From Babesia bigemina (Eukaryota): a DNA stretch of 32,522 nt. The notes beneath the pieces were generated by a model. That model was not told the origin of the DNA. It did not search any database and worked only from the letters and a program-made list of their open reading frames with translations. Shown piece after piece: positions 19,101-29,209 of the stretch (positions are counted from its first letter, which is position 1; every line of letters starts with the position of its first letter). The translations under genes were made by a program, and so were the position numbers. Location: assembly GCF_000981445.1 (NCBI RefSeq), contig NW_012237351.1:1-32522 (forward strand). Reading direction: 5' to 3'.

Positions 19101-21181
19101 ACATTGATGGTTGGACCACCCACAAAATATATCACCCAGCTGACAGCACCTCCAGCCTCCACGCTCTCTTCTTCCGCGACAACGGGTATGACGTCCATCG
19201 TCCTGAGAACGCCGAGCATGGCGAACTAAATCACAAACGTGACTTCAATGGTAGCAGCATTCTCAAACACTTAACCAACGAAACGCATAATTTGTTCAGT
19301 CAACTGTCATCTCCCGTCACCGGCATCCCTCAATCGACATCCGGGTCGGACGAGCTAGGTGTAACCGTCGCAGAGGAGAGTGGTCTCATCCGAAAACTCT
19401 ATGATTTCCTACAGACGTACTTCAGTGTATGCCACCTTACCCTTATTGACAAACCCAGGGCTCCGTGCTCCGTTTACGAAATTCTCGTCTGGTGCAACGG
19501 CCTGCAGTTCAACCCCGTGTACGAGAAGCTCAAGGCGCAAATTAAATCTGAGTTCATGAAGGAGGACAAGCTAAATCCAGGTACAAAGAAGCTGCAGCCC
19601 TTCGAAGCGCACCCATATCCAGTCAAATACGGTGAAGTTGAAGCAGAGCTCTACAAAGTGTCTGCCAACTCCCACGCCGTCCTCACTGCTATCCTAGGCC
19701 ACGGTCACAAGGACGGAATCTACGCGTGTGAATTCTCCGACAACTCGCTTAAATTAGATTACCCTAGCAACATGATCCAACTGCTGTGTATGTTGTTCGA
19801 TCTGCTTAAGCGCCTCTACCACCAGCTGTACTTCCTGCTGCAGCAGTGTCAACTTACAACTCAGCTCAGCGGCTGGAGGGACTGCCACTACGGCATGTAC
19901 ATCGGTGGTTCAGGCTGGCAGTGCAACACAAAGCAGTGCCCTAAGCAAGACTGCGACCAAAGGCACGACCAAAGTGGTAACCAAACGGGTGAGCAATTTC
20001 CCAACTGCGGCGTCAAGTCGCCACTGCAATCGTTCTTGGAGGACGGTTTGAAGGGCCACCTGCCGCATTCGGTGACAGCTAGGGGATCCAGTCTGTCATG
20101 TGGCACGTGTGGTAGTACACCTGGTATGCCGTGCAGAACGCCAATGGGCTTCGCTGACATCAGTGCCATCGCGTCGCATACGATGATTGGCCAGAATATA
20201 CGCGAGGTGCTTGAGGCTTACTGTGGCCGTCCTAACTCCCCTCTCACTAGACTGTGCAGCCAGCTCAACTGCCTTTTGCCTAGTGCGCCGAAAACGCTGG
20301 GAGACATGTTCAGCTTCTACTATCATCTCACCGATCGCTGGGGTATGCATGGCAATGAGCATAAGAGCAATGCTTTCGACGCTATCGTCAAGGCCGCCAA
20401 TTTCGGGCGTACATACGATGAGTTGAAAGTCTACCACATATTTACCCCTAGTCACTCAGCATTGAAGAAGGGGCATTCCGATGGTAGCCTGGGCAGTCTC
20501 GTATGCTTATCAAGGGACTCCGTCGTATGCGGTCCTTATCTGCGTCCCATCACTCACGCCATCTACGAGACGTTCTCGTCGAAACACGCCGATAAGTACT
20601 TGTCGTGGATCGTTTACCTGACGGCGTCGTTCTACGATCTGCTTAAAAAATTGTACGATGAGTGCAATTCCAAATGCGGTTCCAGGGGAACTAATTGCCA
20701 TGAAAAGGCGTGCATCAAGGAGTGTCCAACTACATCCAAACAAGATCCGCCACGATATCACCATCGCGACTGCAAATCCATTGTAAGCTGCAATAACACG
20801 CTGCCGACATTGGCGAAGTACGGCTTCGTTCTCGGCGATCCAGAGAGGCTAAATGGAAGTGCAGGCATAGAGAAGAAACGCACGTGCAGAGATCTCTGTA
20901 CTGTATTTGCGGAGGCATTTGAGGAAGACTCACATCTTGTACAGTTTTTCAAAGCCATTGATAAATTCATGTTCACCATCCGCGCACCTTTCTTGTGGAT
21001 GACCGTCGCACTCTGGTCACTGTCCCTATTCTACCTCACCTGCGTAATGGTTGGCAGACTGGATGTGCTGCACATCCGATCGCACCTGAGGATACCGTCG
21101 TCGCACAAGATTACTGCGCAATCATTGTTGGCAGCAGCGCAAGTCGGAAGGCTTGCCAAGATATCGTATCTACAACCGTAA
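16127..21181 (+). CDS. Babesia ves-like variant surface antigen ('ebh-like') gene 3; first usable ATG 16127 (MGFLYQVLKDV)
   Basis: Uninterrupted ORF with a SPLQSFLEDGL-type Cys-rich domain, TM helix and alternative tail RLDVLHIRSHLRIPSSHKITAQSLLAAAQVGRLAKISYLQP. The ORF-track start at 16091 is GTG. Confidence 0.85.
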   Translation: MGFLYQVLKDVSEKQPYETGKEYLNTLVSSTLKSNLNSGHDGFCKAFPMVTVNVNRYNQAVKSSNENIKKKMEKLQTEMKLFTKGALKGILPKADENDFHKVVQAVDAVNRELDSCKNYAKFFTDALNIDDKSVNDAVDEFHSPLSVRVKDALRTVKQESERLGKLSERQQGTLKETDEKIKQTLSTLKVSVDCKIGDDVRVFVDELKKKVKPIKKHLDDITTELSQYVIELQTWINETKKYINEIRDTDVKRIVNETTDSLTGKTNLIADQATELLKWKERLNTQIEVIKSSVKEKVVEVQGAIASLGRQFHDGISEVPNSIEKIMTHIKGKVDTIEGYVGESKLGAIRGSDISIQQNWDALKDKITRLVGDIYEESSTGKMNYLGKVDKGLKAYAALFNDAKGANVLEKTVGGWVAEIVKSEAVKGLLKEYVRQNEEYRYFTGSLSVRGTDAMRDCVIPILKEQITEHLKDIQPETSYYSIPSTVEDKLSYVKKYLTRLSEEVMGKQGDVVSQVSESVKLQRELVPYNGGGTYKPYFLTFAVHAALSALKHTAERLAEQLESFATKDTNLGTNLPAAIKQVELIGQQFDGKTQKTFGASITKALEDVRREIKKLNGQFEQALQNGTTDSTTIAAYVDKYVEAIDTYANSIDLGYIATGLSDLSSGIQSNLTALSGAVKETTNIVNAKLENFIDMRIGKPVIRGEAKADTLQAIYDKLDKLQKGPVSEAVKLTNALLDQYLAAAEKHYTKQLTEYVDSQVKDATKQLTTYVYKQYIGTVKLQLEQFSDKVTQQLKGLPGDISRDLTLGFKGFMASFEKNFITDSRSVSGIRHINPKLTSPKESPLSKAADMVNYSFGSFFVHLENQEDFKRDFSKLQAFKKSLTKLLSGLLKSLHFDHTFSTNLDALNNAVTSFKPATYGDAKCPSLLNALKAGFTPLVEELKKAYVSTYSLRTIEWEKLTEAESRNYAKICWTITPILYQELTAFKYHLDIDGWTTHKIYHPADSTSSLHALFFRDNGYDVHRPENAEHGELNHKRDFNGSSILKHLTNETHNLFSQLSSPVTGIPQSTSGSDELGVTVAEESGLIRKLYDFLQTYFSVCHLTLIDKPRAPCSVYEILVWCNGLQFNPVYEKLKAQIKSEFMKEDKLNPGTKKLQPFEAHPYPVKYGEVEAELYKVSANSHAVLTAILGHGHKDGIYACEFSDNSLKLDYPSNMIQLLCMLFDLLKRLYHQLYFLLQQCQLTTQLSGWRDCHYGMYIGGSGWQCNTKQCPKQDCDQRHDQSGNQTGEQFPNCGVKSPLQSFLEDGLKGHLPHSVTARGSSLSCGTCGSTPGMPCRTPMGFADISAIASHTMIGQNIREVLEAYCGRPNSPLTRLCSQLNCLLPSAPKTLGDMFSFYYHLTDRWGMHGNEHKSNAFDAIVKAANFGRTYDELKVYHIFTPSHSALKKGHSDGSLGSLVCLSRDSVVCGPYLRPITHAIYETFSSKHADKYLSWIVYLTASFYDLLKKLYDECNSKCGSRGTNCHEKACIKECPTTSKQDPPRYHHRDCKSIVSCNNTLPTLAKYGFVLGDPERLNGSAGIEKKRTCRDLCTVFAEAFEEDSHLVQFFKAIDKFMFTIRAPFLWMTVALWSLSLFYLTCVMVGRLDVLHIRSHLRIPSSHKITAQSLLAAAQVGRLAKISYLQP

Positions 21182-21240
21182 TTTTATTCACGTTTGTAAC
21201 TCACAGCAACTCACCTAACAATTCACCTACTCACCTAACA
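21182..21240 (+). promoter_or_regulatory. Divergent 3' flank retaining repeated ACTCACCT motifs
   Basis: ACTCACCT at 21209 and 21229, ATTCACCT at 21221, in an otherwise different flank. Confidence 0.5.
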
Positions 21241-21328
21241 AGCAAACGTAGTCTAATGTCTCGAATTACTCTAGCGGCAACCTGTGAACTAGATTGCACA
21301 TAGATTAGGTTATGACTCAACGACCAAG

Positions 21329-21592
21329 CAAAGTGCTAAGCTAGCACCCAGGCAAAGTGCTAACCTAGCACGCAGGCTAAGTGCTAACCTAGCACCCAAG
21401 CTAAGTGCTAAGTTGGCACCCAGGCAAAGTGGTAAGCTAGCACGCAGGCCAAGTGTCGAGGTAGCACCCAGGCAAAGTGCTAAGATAGCACCCAGGCAAA
21501 GTGGTAAGCTAGCACCCAGGCAAAGTGCTAAGCAAGCACCCAGGCAAAGTGCTAACCTAGCACCTAGGCAAAGTGGTAAGCGAGCACACAGG
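21329..21592. repeat. 24-bp minisatellite (CAAAGTGCTAAGCTAGCACCCAGG), 11 units, present only after gene 3
   Basis: Units counted in exact 24-bp phase from 21329; the consensus contains GTGCTA-nnn-TAGCAC. Confidence 0.95.
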
Positions 21593-21932
21593 CAACGTGG
21601 TCACCAAGCACCTGACCAAGATGCTGACCAACGTGGTGCCCAATGTGCTGACCAACGTGTTGACCAAGGTGCTGACCAAGGTGCTGACCAAGGTGCTGAC
21701 CAAGGTGCTGACCAAGGTGCTGCCCAAAGTGCTGACCAAGGTGTTGACCAAGGTGCTGACCAAAGTGCTGACCAAAGTGCTGCCCAATGCCATGACCGAT
21801 GCCATGACCAATGTGCTGACCAATGTGCTGACCAATGTGCTGACCAATGTGCTGCCCAAAGTGCTGACCAACGTGCTGATCAAGATGCTGACCAATGTGC
21901 TGACCAAAGTGGTGACCAACGTGCTGACCAAG
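21593..21932. repeat. 12-bp minisatellite, about 28 units
   Basis: CAAGGTGCTGAC/CAATGTGCTGAC units, in phase with the preceding 24-mers. Confidence 0.96.
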
Positions 21933-21934
21933 TA

Positions 21935-22330
21935 ATGGTTACGGCAGCGATGAGATGGTTACGGCAGCGATGACATGGTCACGGCAGCGATGAAATGGTC
22001 ACGGCAGCGATGACATGGTCACGGCAGCGATGACATGGTCACGGCAGCGATGACATGGTCACGGCAGCGATGACATGGTCACGGCAGCGATGATATGGTC
22101 ACGGCAGCGATGACATGGTTACGGCAGCGATGACATTGATGGTCACGGCAGCGATGACATGGTCACGGCAGCGGTGACAGGGTTACGGCAGCGATGACAT
22201 TGATGGTCACGGCAGCGGTGATATGGTCTCGGCAGCGATGACATGGTCACGGCAGCGATGACATGGTTACGGCAGCGGTGATATGGTCTCGGCAGCGATG
22301 ACATGGTCACGGCAGCGATGACATGGTGAC
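21935..22330. repeat. 20-bp minisatellite, about 19 units
   Basis: Direct reading; followed by about three 12-mer-like units before the junction. Confidence 0.96.
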
Positions 22331-22382
22331 CAAGCATCTGACCTAAGTGGTGACCAAGCACCTGACTAGAGTGATGATTATC

Positions 22383-23206
22383 ATCCACTCTACATCGCCC
22401 CTTTATCCACCTTACATCGCTCCCTAATCCACTCCACATCGCCCCTTACCCACTCTACATCGCCCCTTAACCCACTCTACATCGCCCCTTTATCCACTCC
22501 ACATCGCTCCCTAACCCACTCTACATCGCTCCCTAACCCACTCCACATCGCTCCCTAATCCACTCTACATCGCTCCCTAACCCACTCTACACCGCTCCTT
22601 TATCCACCTTACACCGCTCCTTTATCCACTCTACATCGCTCCCTAACCCACTCTACATCGCTCCTTTATCCACTCTACATCGCTCCTTTATCCACTCCAC
22701 ATCGCCCCTTTACCCACCTTACATCGTCCCTTAACCCACTCTACATCGCTCCCTAACCCACTCTACATCGCCCCTTTATCCACTCTACATCGCCCCTTAA
22801 CCCACTCCACATCGCCCCTTTACCCACTCCACATCGCTCCTTAACCCACTCTACATCGCTCCCTAACCCACTCTACATCGCTCCCTAACCCACTCTACAT
22901 CGCCCCTTAATCCACTCTACATCGCCCCTTAACCCACTCTACATCGCCCCTTATCCACTCTACATCGCTCCCTAACCCACTCTACGTCGCTCCTTTATCC
23001 ACCTTACATCGCTTCCTAACCCACTCTACATCGCCGCTTAAACCACTCTACATCGCTCCTTAACCTACTCCACATCGCCCCTTAACCCACTCTACATCGC
23101 CCCTTAACCCACTCCACATCGCCCCTTTACCCACTCTACACCGCCCCTTTATCCACTCTACATCGCTCCCTAATCCACTCTACATCGCCGCTTTATCCAC
23201 TCTACA
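22383..23206. repeat. 22-bp minisatellite array, about 37 units, upstream of gene 4
   Basis: Direct reading; ends about 30 bp before ATG 23237. Confidence 0.97.
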
Positions 23207-23236
23207 ACCCTCGAATTACCTCGCCATAATACCGCT

Positions 23237-26200
23237 ATGACCTCTTTAGACCACAATAATAACTTGTGCCTTGTCACCCTTCACTCCCCTTCTTCCACCT
23301 CTTGCCACTGCCCTGACCATGTGCCGCCTAGGGAGCTTGACAAGAAATTTGACAAAATTTTGAACCTCAAAAACACCTTAAATAATAACCCTACTAACAT
23401 CCTTAATAACCTCTGTGACGGCCTCGAGAAATTCCTCGGCTTCAACAAAGACTCCAAAGGCTACGACGGCACTGGGATAGTGTACTCTGACTTGGATAGG
23501 CTGTGTGACGGGGTGATGGGATTTTTGAGTGGTGTGCTTGGTGCGGTGAAAAACGAAAATGAAGTGACAACTTATGATAATAATGTAGATAACATCGAAA
23601 AATTAATAGAAACTCTAGAAAAAAATTTAGGTAACGGTCCGCAAAAATTTACTGACGCTCTTAGTGCGGTAAGTGACTGGTTGAATGATTACTTTACGCA
23701 GGTTGAAAAATATACTGTCAACGTTACTAGTGAACTACAAGTGTTAAAGGACGATAAAGTGTTCGCACATATAAGATCTGTAGCAGGTCAAGGAACTCAG
23801 AACCTTGAAACGCAGTTGAAGGCGTGGACAACCAGGTTACCTATAATTTTTGGTGAGGTCGACAATATTGAAACTCAACACGTGATGAAGCTGGACAATA
23901 GATTGAAAACTGAAATTATGCATGAAACTAGGCATATCAAGGAAGCCGTTAAGATGCTTGGGGACTCCGCTGCGGAAAAGGAATTTGGGAGTCAGGCCAA
24001 ATTGGTTGATGAGACGTTAATACAAGAGAGAAATAAAGTAGACTCCGCGATTGAAAATGAACATAAGAGAGTTCGTGAAATTTTGCAAAAAGAATTCGAT
24101 AAGCTGTGGATGGAAGTGAAGAATCTGAACAGAGCTAGATCAACGCATTTTCAAAACATCATTGAACGCTTGAATGAGGTCGAAACATATTTAAATAACG
24201 ATTTCGACTGGCAGTATAGAAAGCAAATCGAAAACCTGTTTACACATTTGAAAGATGAGATGGTCTCAATTGATCGGACGAATGAAACTGCAGGTGCCAA
24301 AGGCAGCAAGTCCAACCTCTACGTGAAATTTAATGAGTTGATAGACACCGTTAAGGTGATAGGTGATGAGATTGGTACCGAAAATACTGCGCTAGACAAA
24401 TGGAAACATGCTGCCATGGATGCCATTCTAAAAGCAGATGTAAAGTGTGAGGAGATTGTTAAGAAGTTGAAGGGGGAGCGAAGTGAGACAGGTATAGCAG
24501 GCGAACGGAAGGCAGTAACAAATGCAGCGGAGCAATTGAAGATAAAGGCCGATGAGCTTAGGGGGAAGGCGTACGCTGCTAAGACGCAGATTGAGACGTT
24601 GGTGAGTCAGGCTTTGGGGGAAGTTAAAACGATGGACGAAGCGCTGAGGAAAAATCTATTAGAGGTTCAGAATGCTATTAAGATTGGTATGACTAATTAT
24701 ATTAAGGAGAATTTGAATGCTCAAATAAAGAAAGTGCTGGAAATGGAAACGGATAAGATTGCTAAAAAGAGTGGTGGAGATCCGCCTGGACATTTGGATA
24801 AGATTCACCAAGGTATCATGAAGTATGCGGAGAGATTCAAAACGGAGGACGATAAAACTGGTTTCAAAGGTGTGGTGGCGGAGTGGTTGACTCAACTGCT
24901 TATGAGCAATGCAGTTATAGCAAAGCTTGGTGAGTATGCAACTGGAAATAAAGGGGCAAATCTTGAAACCTTAATAATAGGCGGAGTGGAGAAACTGCCA
25001 CACCATGCGAAAGCAATTGTTGCGCTGCTGCACGCCGAAATAAAGACAGCTGTTCAATTTTTTGATCAAACAATACTAGTTGCTGGTGATAAAGAGATTG
25101 GAAGACACGTGGATGCTGTTCAGCAGGTTTGCGAAAAGTTTTCCAAGGCACTTGAGGAAAAAATCGCATCTGGCAATTTTGCAGACATTGAAGGGGTAAT
25201 CAATGCAGCACTTCAGAAAACAAGTAATGTGAAAAGTTTTCTTTTACAACCAACCGTCCGTTATATCCTATACCAGCTTGTAGGCGCCGCGAGACAAGCA
25301 GGCTGGGAGGTTTTGTCATTCACCGGTGAGTACGGAGATGAGGACCATACAGATGACAGTGGTTACAAGCTCGTCAATAATCTGACGGACGCTACGAAAG
25401 CAGTTAGGGAACTTGGTGAAACACTTCATGGGCAGCTTAAGCAGGCCGGGATCGCCAAAACTAAATTCGCCGATATAAATACGCAGATTGCGAACGAAGT
25501 TAATCCACAGTTTGGCATGGAAAGCAGTTCAAAAATATCTAAATTTGCTGATAGCAAATTTATTGGTTACCTGAACAGCGTAAATATCCCTGACGGTACT
25601 AACCCTCTTAGAGGCACCGAAGGCGCACTTCCAATTAAAATCAAAGCTATAGAAACGATAAAAGACGGTGAACATTATCTGAGGGATGTTGAGCAAGGTG
25701 AAAATGCTGGTGAAACTAAATTTCACGACAAAACCTTCAACAACTTGTTGTCTTTCGTCACCGGCAATCTCAACAAATTCACCGAAGCCATCGAGAAATT
25801 GGTGAATGGTGGCGGTGTTTCAAACTCCGATCTAGAAGATTATATAACGAGGCTAAAAAATATGCTTAACAATGACGCAGAGACATATTACGGTGCGTCC
25901 ATTACAGGGTTTACCAAAATTAGAACGGACCTTGGCAAATTGCAATCCAGAATTGTTCAGGCCACCTCTACCGACGCCGCCAAACAGGAACTCGATATCA
26001 TCATACAGAAACTCGAAGAGCTTCCTAACGCTGTGGACCGGCAAAAAGATGTGGCGTTGAAACATGTAGGTGAGTTAAGACGCTCGTTGGAACAGCAAAT
26101 TACATTCATTCGCCAAGCCGTCGAGACAGCTGATTACGAGTTGAAAGAATCAATTAAAACCGTTCGAACTACATTAAAAGAAGCACATGAGAACAACAAA

Positions 26201-29200
26201 CTAGCGGCTTCACATCTCAGAACTACATTGCTTGACACCACTAAAAGGGGATTTGAAGAAATTACTTTGCAGGTTCAATCGTTCTTCGCTGAGCAGAAAA
26301 TGGCAGACTTGGCAGCTCTACAGAAATTAATTGACAGACAGTTACAAAAAGTAAAACGTATCATTAAAATGGATCTACAGACCGGCCTGAAAGGCTTCCT
26401 GAAAACACTTCAATGCGGATCCACGAAAGTTGCTACAAATAAAAACATTAAGCTACTCACCGACTTCGCATCTTCAATGTCTCCGCCGTCCGATCACAAT
26501 TCCTCCCATCTCAAACATCTCGCCGAGGCCTTCCACGACTTCTGCCACCCCCTCCACACTTACCTCCTCACAGAGATCACACGAGCCAACCTAAACAATT
26601 CCGGCACCGCGAATTACTCCGACCGTCTAAAAAGCATTATCGCCGCCTTCGACACCCTCCTCCCCCATCTCAGAGAGCAAAACAAGTACGACCACCAGGT
26701 CCCCTCCATGCTGTCCGACCTCCGCGCCGCTGTCACGGCCCTCAAGCCTGACGGCTTTTCCTCGCCGAACAGTGCCACGTTGGACTGCATCACGAGCGGG
26801 CTCACGAAATTCGCCCATGAGCTTGACAAGGCGTACGTATCGGTGTATGATGGGCAGGGGTTTGAGGGTAAGGTTGTAGAGGAAACCGGAGCACAGGTTG
26901 TCTACACCACCGGAGCGTATCCGGTATATCTATCGACCGACTACGGCAAGAAGTGCGCCAAGGTGTTTTGCACGGCACTCGAAATAATGTTCCACGATCT
27001 ATCCGAGTTGAGGGAGGAATGCAAACGCGATTGGAAGGATCTGAACATTTGTATGCACCCCGGTGAGGACATTGAAAATGCCCTAGCCTCATACCTGAAA
27101 AACTGTGGTTACGGAGTGCCAAGCAAGCAAGGCGTGCAGGACGGGGAGTTGAGGTACGGAGAAAGTTGGACTGGACAACAAATCCATGAAACTCTACTAA
27201 CCAAGGAACATGGTGCCACGCTAAGACGTACAGCATTTAAGCTTGTCAGCGATGATGACGAGAAAAAAGATGGAGCCAGTGTACCAAAGTATAGTGTCCT
27301 TAAGCAGCTCATCGACTATCTTATACGCTTCTACCAAGTCTGCCACTACGACGCCGCTACGTCAACCAAATATCCGTCAAGTATCTACCAAATGTTAACG
27401 TGGCTTAGTGGCCTACCTCACAGTACCGTATATGACAAATTGTACCTTAATGGATTTGCTGAACTTTTCGAGAAGAAGGACAAGGAAACCGGCGACGGTG
27501 AAGGGGGTATCACTTTCGAAATCGAAGGTGACGGGAGCGACGGATCTTCTATCCCTATTAAAACCAATGATGACAATAAGTTGGAAGCTTATCCAGTTAC
27601 CATTACACCCGCAGGTCTTTCAGACATCCTTGCAGCAGTATGCTCCGGTGCCCATGACGTACTGACCAGTGTACTTGGTCATGGTCACGCAGGCGGTCGC
27701 TATGCCTTTGACTTTAACACTAACCCCGATAAATTCACGTACCCCGCCGACATGGTGACGTTAGCATGTTGGCTGTATGATATCCTCAGACGTGTTCACC
27801 ATCAGCTCTATTTCTTGTACCAGCAGTGTTATTATAAGACCGAACGCAACGGTTGGGCCGAGTGCTATTACGGCCGGTACGTCGCTGGCTCATCGTGGCA
27901 GTGCAACAAGATGCAGTGCCCTGACCAAAGGTGTGAGCAAAAGTGTAAGCAAACATGTAACCAAATACACAACCAAAAGGGTGACCAACACCCTAACTGC
28001 GGACTAAAGTCGCCGCTTCAATCTTTCTTAGAAGACGGGTTGCAAGGCTTTCTACCGCATCACGTCAAGTTTGAGAAAGGAAAGCTGGAATGTTCAGTTA
28101 AAGGTCATTTCAATTTGCCGTGTAAAACGCCTATGGGATTCGGCAATATAAGCGACGTGGCGTCACATACGCAGCGAGGCAGGCATATCTACGAAGCGCT
28201 TAAGAGACTCTGCGGAGATGAACGGTCTCCTCTCCCCAAGCTCTGCGGTCAACTGAGCTGCCTCTTGCCAAGCGCTCCCAAGACGCTTGACGACATGTTC
28301 GGTTTTTACTACCGATTGCTCAGAGGGTGGGATGATGACAACACGGGACGTAAAGAACATCGGGAGACGGCATTTAGAGCGGCCGTTAATGCAGCTAATT
28401 TCGAAGATTCAAGCACAGAGTTGGACGTCAATAATATTTTCAAAAGCATTAATCATGGTTCAAAGAAAAACATGCCACATCTTACCGGCGACCTCTACGC
28501 TCTTATTGATTGCTATACCGATTCGTCATCAGCTGCATCTCATCCATGCGGTCGTTACTTGCGACCAATATGCCATGACATGTGCGGTACCTTTACAAAA
28601 GAGAACGCCGACAAATATTTGTCGTGGATTGTTTACTGCACCGAGACGTTCCTTCAGTTGTTGAAACAGCTGTACGAAGAATGTGCCAAAAATTGTGACG
28701 GGGAGAGACCTAAGTGCCGTGTCAGTAGATGTAAGGATGCTTGTACGGCTAACAAATTACCGATGGCAGCTGGTTCTGCACATAATGAATCATGTGGATC
28801 CATCGTAAATTGCAAGTTTATGCGTCCCACATTCTACAAATATGGCTTGGTACTTGGAGATTGCAGCAGTCTGTCAGCCGATTCGACCAAGCGCACGTGC
28901 ATAGATTTGTGTATTGTATTGAAAAGCGTGACTAACGAAAAAGAAGTAGATGGGCATCCGCTTGCCAAATTGGTCCACGTTACTATCCCCCAATTCATCT
29001 TCACCATCCGCGCCCCCTTCATCTGGACCACCCTCGCCCTCTGGCTCCTGTCCTTCCTCTACCTCATCCACATCATGGTCATCCGCCTCGACCTGCTCCA
29101 CATCAAATCGCACTTACATAGTCCCTCATCACATCGCATCGTCGCTCAATCCCTACTCGCCGCAGCACGTGTTAACAAGCTTAACAGAGTGTTTTACCTG

Positions 29201-29209
29201 CAACCTTAA
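23237..29209 (+). CDS. Babesia ves-like variant surface antigen ('ebh-like') gene 4, 1990 aa; alternative start at MGF ATG 23516
   Basis: Intact ORF with the conserved N-terminal block, SPLQSFLEDGLQGFLPH Cys-rich domain, TM helix and RVNKLNRVFYLQP tail. Confidence 0.9.
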   Translation: MTSLDHNNNLCLVTLHSPSSTSCHCPDHVPPRELDKKFDKILNLKNTLNNNPTNILNNLCDGLEKFLGFNKDSKGYDGTGIVYSDLDRLCDGVMGFLSGVLGAVKNENEVTTYDNNVDNIEKLIETLEKNLGNGPQKFTDALSAVSDWLNDYFTQVEKYTVNVTSELQVLKDDKVFAHIRSVAGQGTQNLETQLKAWTTRLPIIFGEVDNIETQHVMKLDNRLKTEIMHETRHIKEAVKMLGDSAAEKEFGSQAKLVDETLIQERNKVDSAIENEHKRVREILQKEFDKLWMEVKNLNRARSTHFQNIIERLNEVETYLNNDFDWQYRKQIENLFTHLKDEMVSIDRTNETAGAKGSKSNLYVKFNELIDTVKVIGDEIGTENTALDKWKHAAMDAILKADVKCEEIVKKLKGERSETGIAGERKAVTNAAEQLKIKADELRGKAYAAKTQIETLVSQALGEVKTMDEALRKNLLEVQNAIKIGMTNYIKENLNAQIKKVLEMETDKIAKKSGGDPPGHLDKIHQGIMKYAERFKTEDDKTGFKGVVAEWLTQLLMSNAVIAKLGEYATGNKGANLETLIIGGVEKLPHHAKAIVALLHAEIKTAVQFFDQTILVAGDKEIGRHVDAVQQVCEKFSKALEEKIASGNFADIEGVINAALQKTSNVKSFLLQPTVRYILYQLVGAARQAGWEVLSFTGEYGDEDHTDDSGYKLVNNLTDATKAVRELGETLHGQLKQAGIAKTKFADINTQIANEVNPQFGMESSSKISKFADSKFIGYLNSVNIPDGTNPLRGTEGALPIKIKAIETIKDGEHYLRDVEQGENAGETKFHDKTFNNLLSFVTGNLNKFTEAIEKLVNGGGVSNSDLEDYITRLKNMLNNDAETYYGASITGFTKIRTDLGKLQSRIVQATSTDAAKQELDIIIQKLEELPNAVDRQKDVALKHVGELRRSLEQQITFIRQAVETADYELKESIKTVRTTLKEAHENNKLAASHLRTTLLDTTKRGFEEITLQVQSFFAEQKMADLAALQKLIDRQLQKVKRIIKMDLQTGLKGFLKTLQCGSTKVATNKNIKLLTDFASSMSPPSDHNSSHLKHLAEAFHDFCHPLHTYLLTEITRANLNNSGTANYSDRLKSIIAAFDTLLPHLREQNKYDHQVPSMLSDLRAAVTALKPDGFSSPNSATLDCITSGLTKFAHELDKAYVSVYDGQGFEGKVVEETGAQVVYTTGAYPVYLSTDYGKKCAKVFCTALEIMFHDLSELREECKRDWKDLNICMHPGEDIENALASYLKNCGYGVPSKQGVQDGELRYGESWTGQQIHETLLTKEHGATLRRTAFKLVSDDDEKKDGASVPKYSVLKQLIDYLIRFYQVCHYDAATSTKYPSSIYQMLTWLSGLPHSTVYDKLYLNGFAELFEKKDKETGDGEGGITFEIEGDGSDGSSIPIKTNDDNKLEAYPVTITPAGLSDILAAVCSGAHDVLTSVLGHGHAGGRYAFDFNTNPDKFTYPADMVTLACWLYDILRRVHHQLYFLYQQCYYKTERNGWAECYYGRYVAGSSWQCNKMQCPDQRCEQKCKQTCNQIHNQKGDQHPNCGLKSPLQSFLEDGLQGFLPHHVKFEKGKLECSVKGHFNLPCKTPMGFGNISDVASHTQRGRHIYEALKRLCGDERSPLPKLCGQLSCLLPSAPKTLDDMFGFYYRLLRGWDDDNTGRKEHRETAFRAAVNAANFEDSSTELDVNNIFKSINHGSKKNMPHLTGDLYALIDCYTDSSSAASHPCGRYLRPICHDMCGTFTKENADKYLSWIVYCTETFLQLLKQLYEECAKNCDGERPKCRVSRCKDACTANKLPMAAGSAHNESCGSIVNCKFMRPTFYKYGLVLGDCSSLSADSTKRTCIDLCIVLKSVTNEKEVDGHPLAKLVHVTIPQFIFTIRAPFIWTTLALWLLSFLYLIHIMVIRLDLLHIKSHLHSPSSHRIVAQSLLAAARVNKLNRVFYLQP

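Noticed and set aside
21413..21973. 186-aa QSAK/QCAD repeat ORF and the similar VLTK / VSTL ORFs at 5999, 14125-14620, 21557-21935 and 29335-29748
   Set aside because: By-products of 12- and 24-bp periodicity. They are open on both strands, mostly have non-ATG starts, and I found no upstream in-frame ATG for the 21413 ORF.
296..29209. Transposon or retroelement identity for the repeated cassette
   Set aside because: No transposase, reverse transcriptase or integrase motifs, no LTR/TIR pair, and no target-site duplication or poly(A) tail seen.
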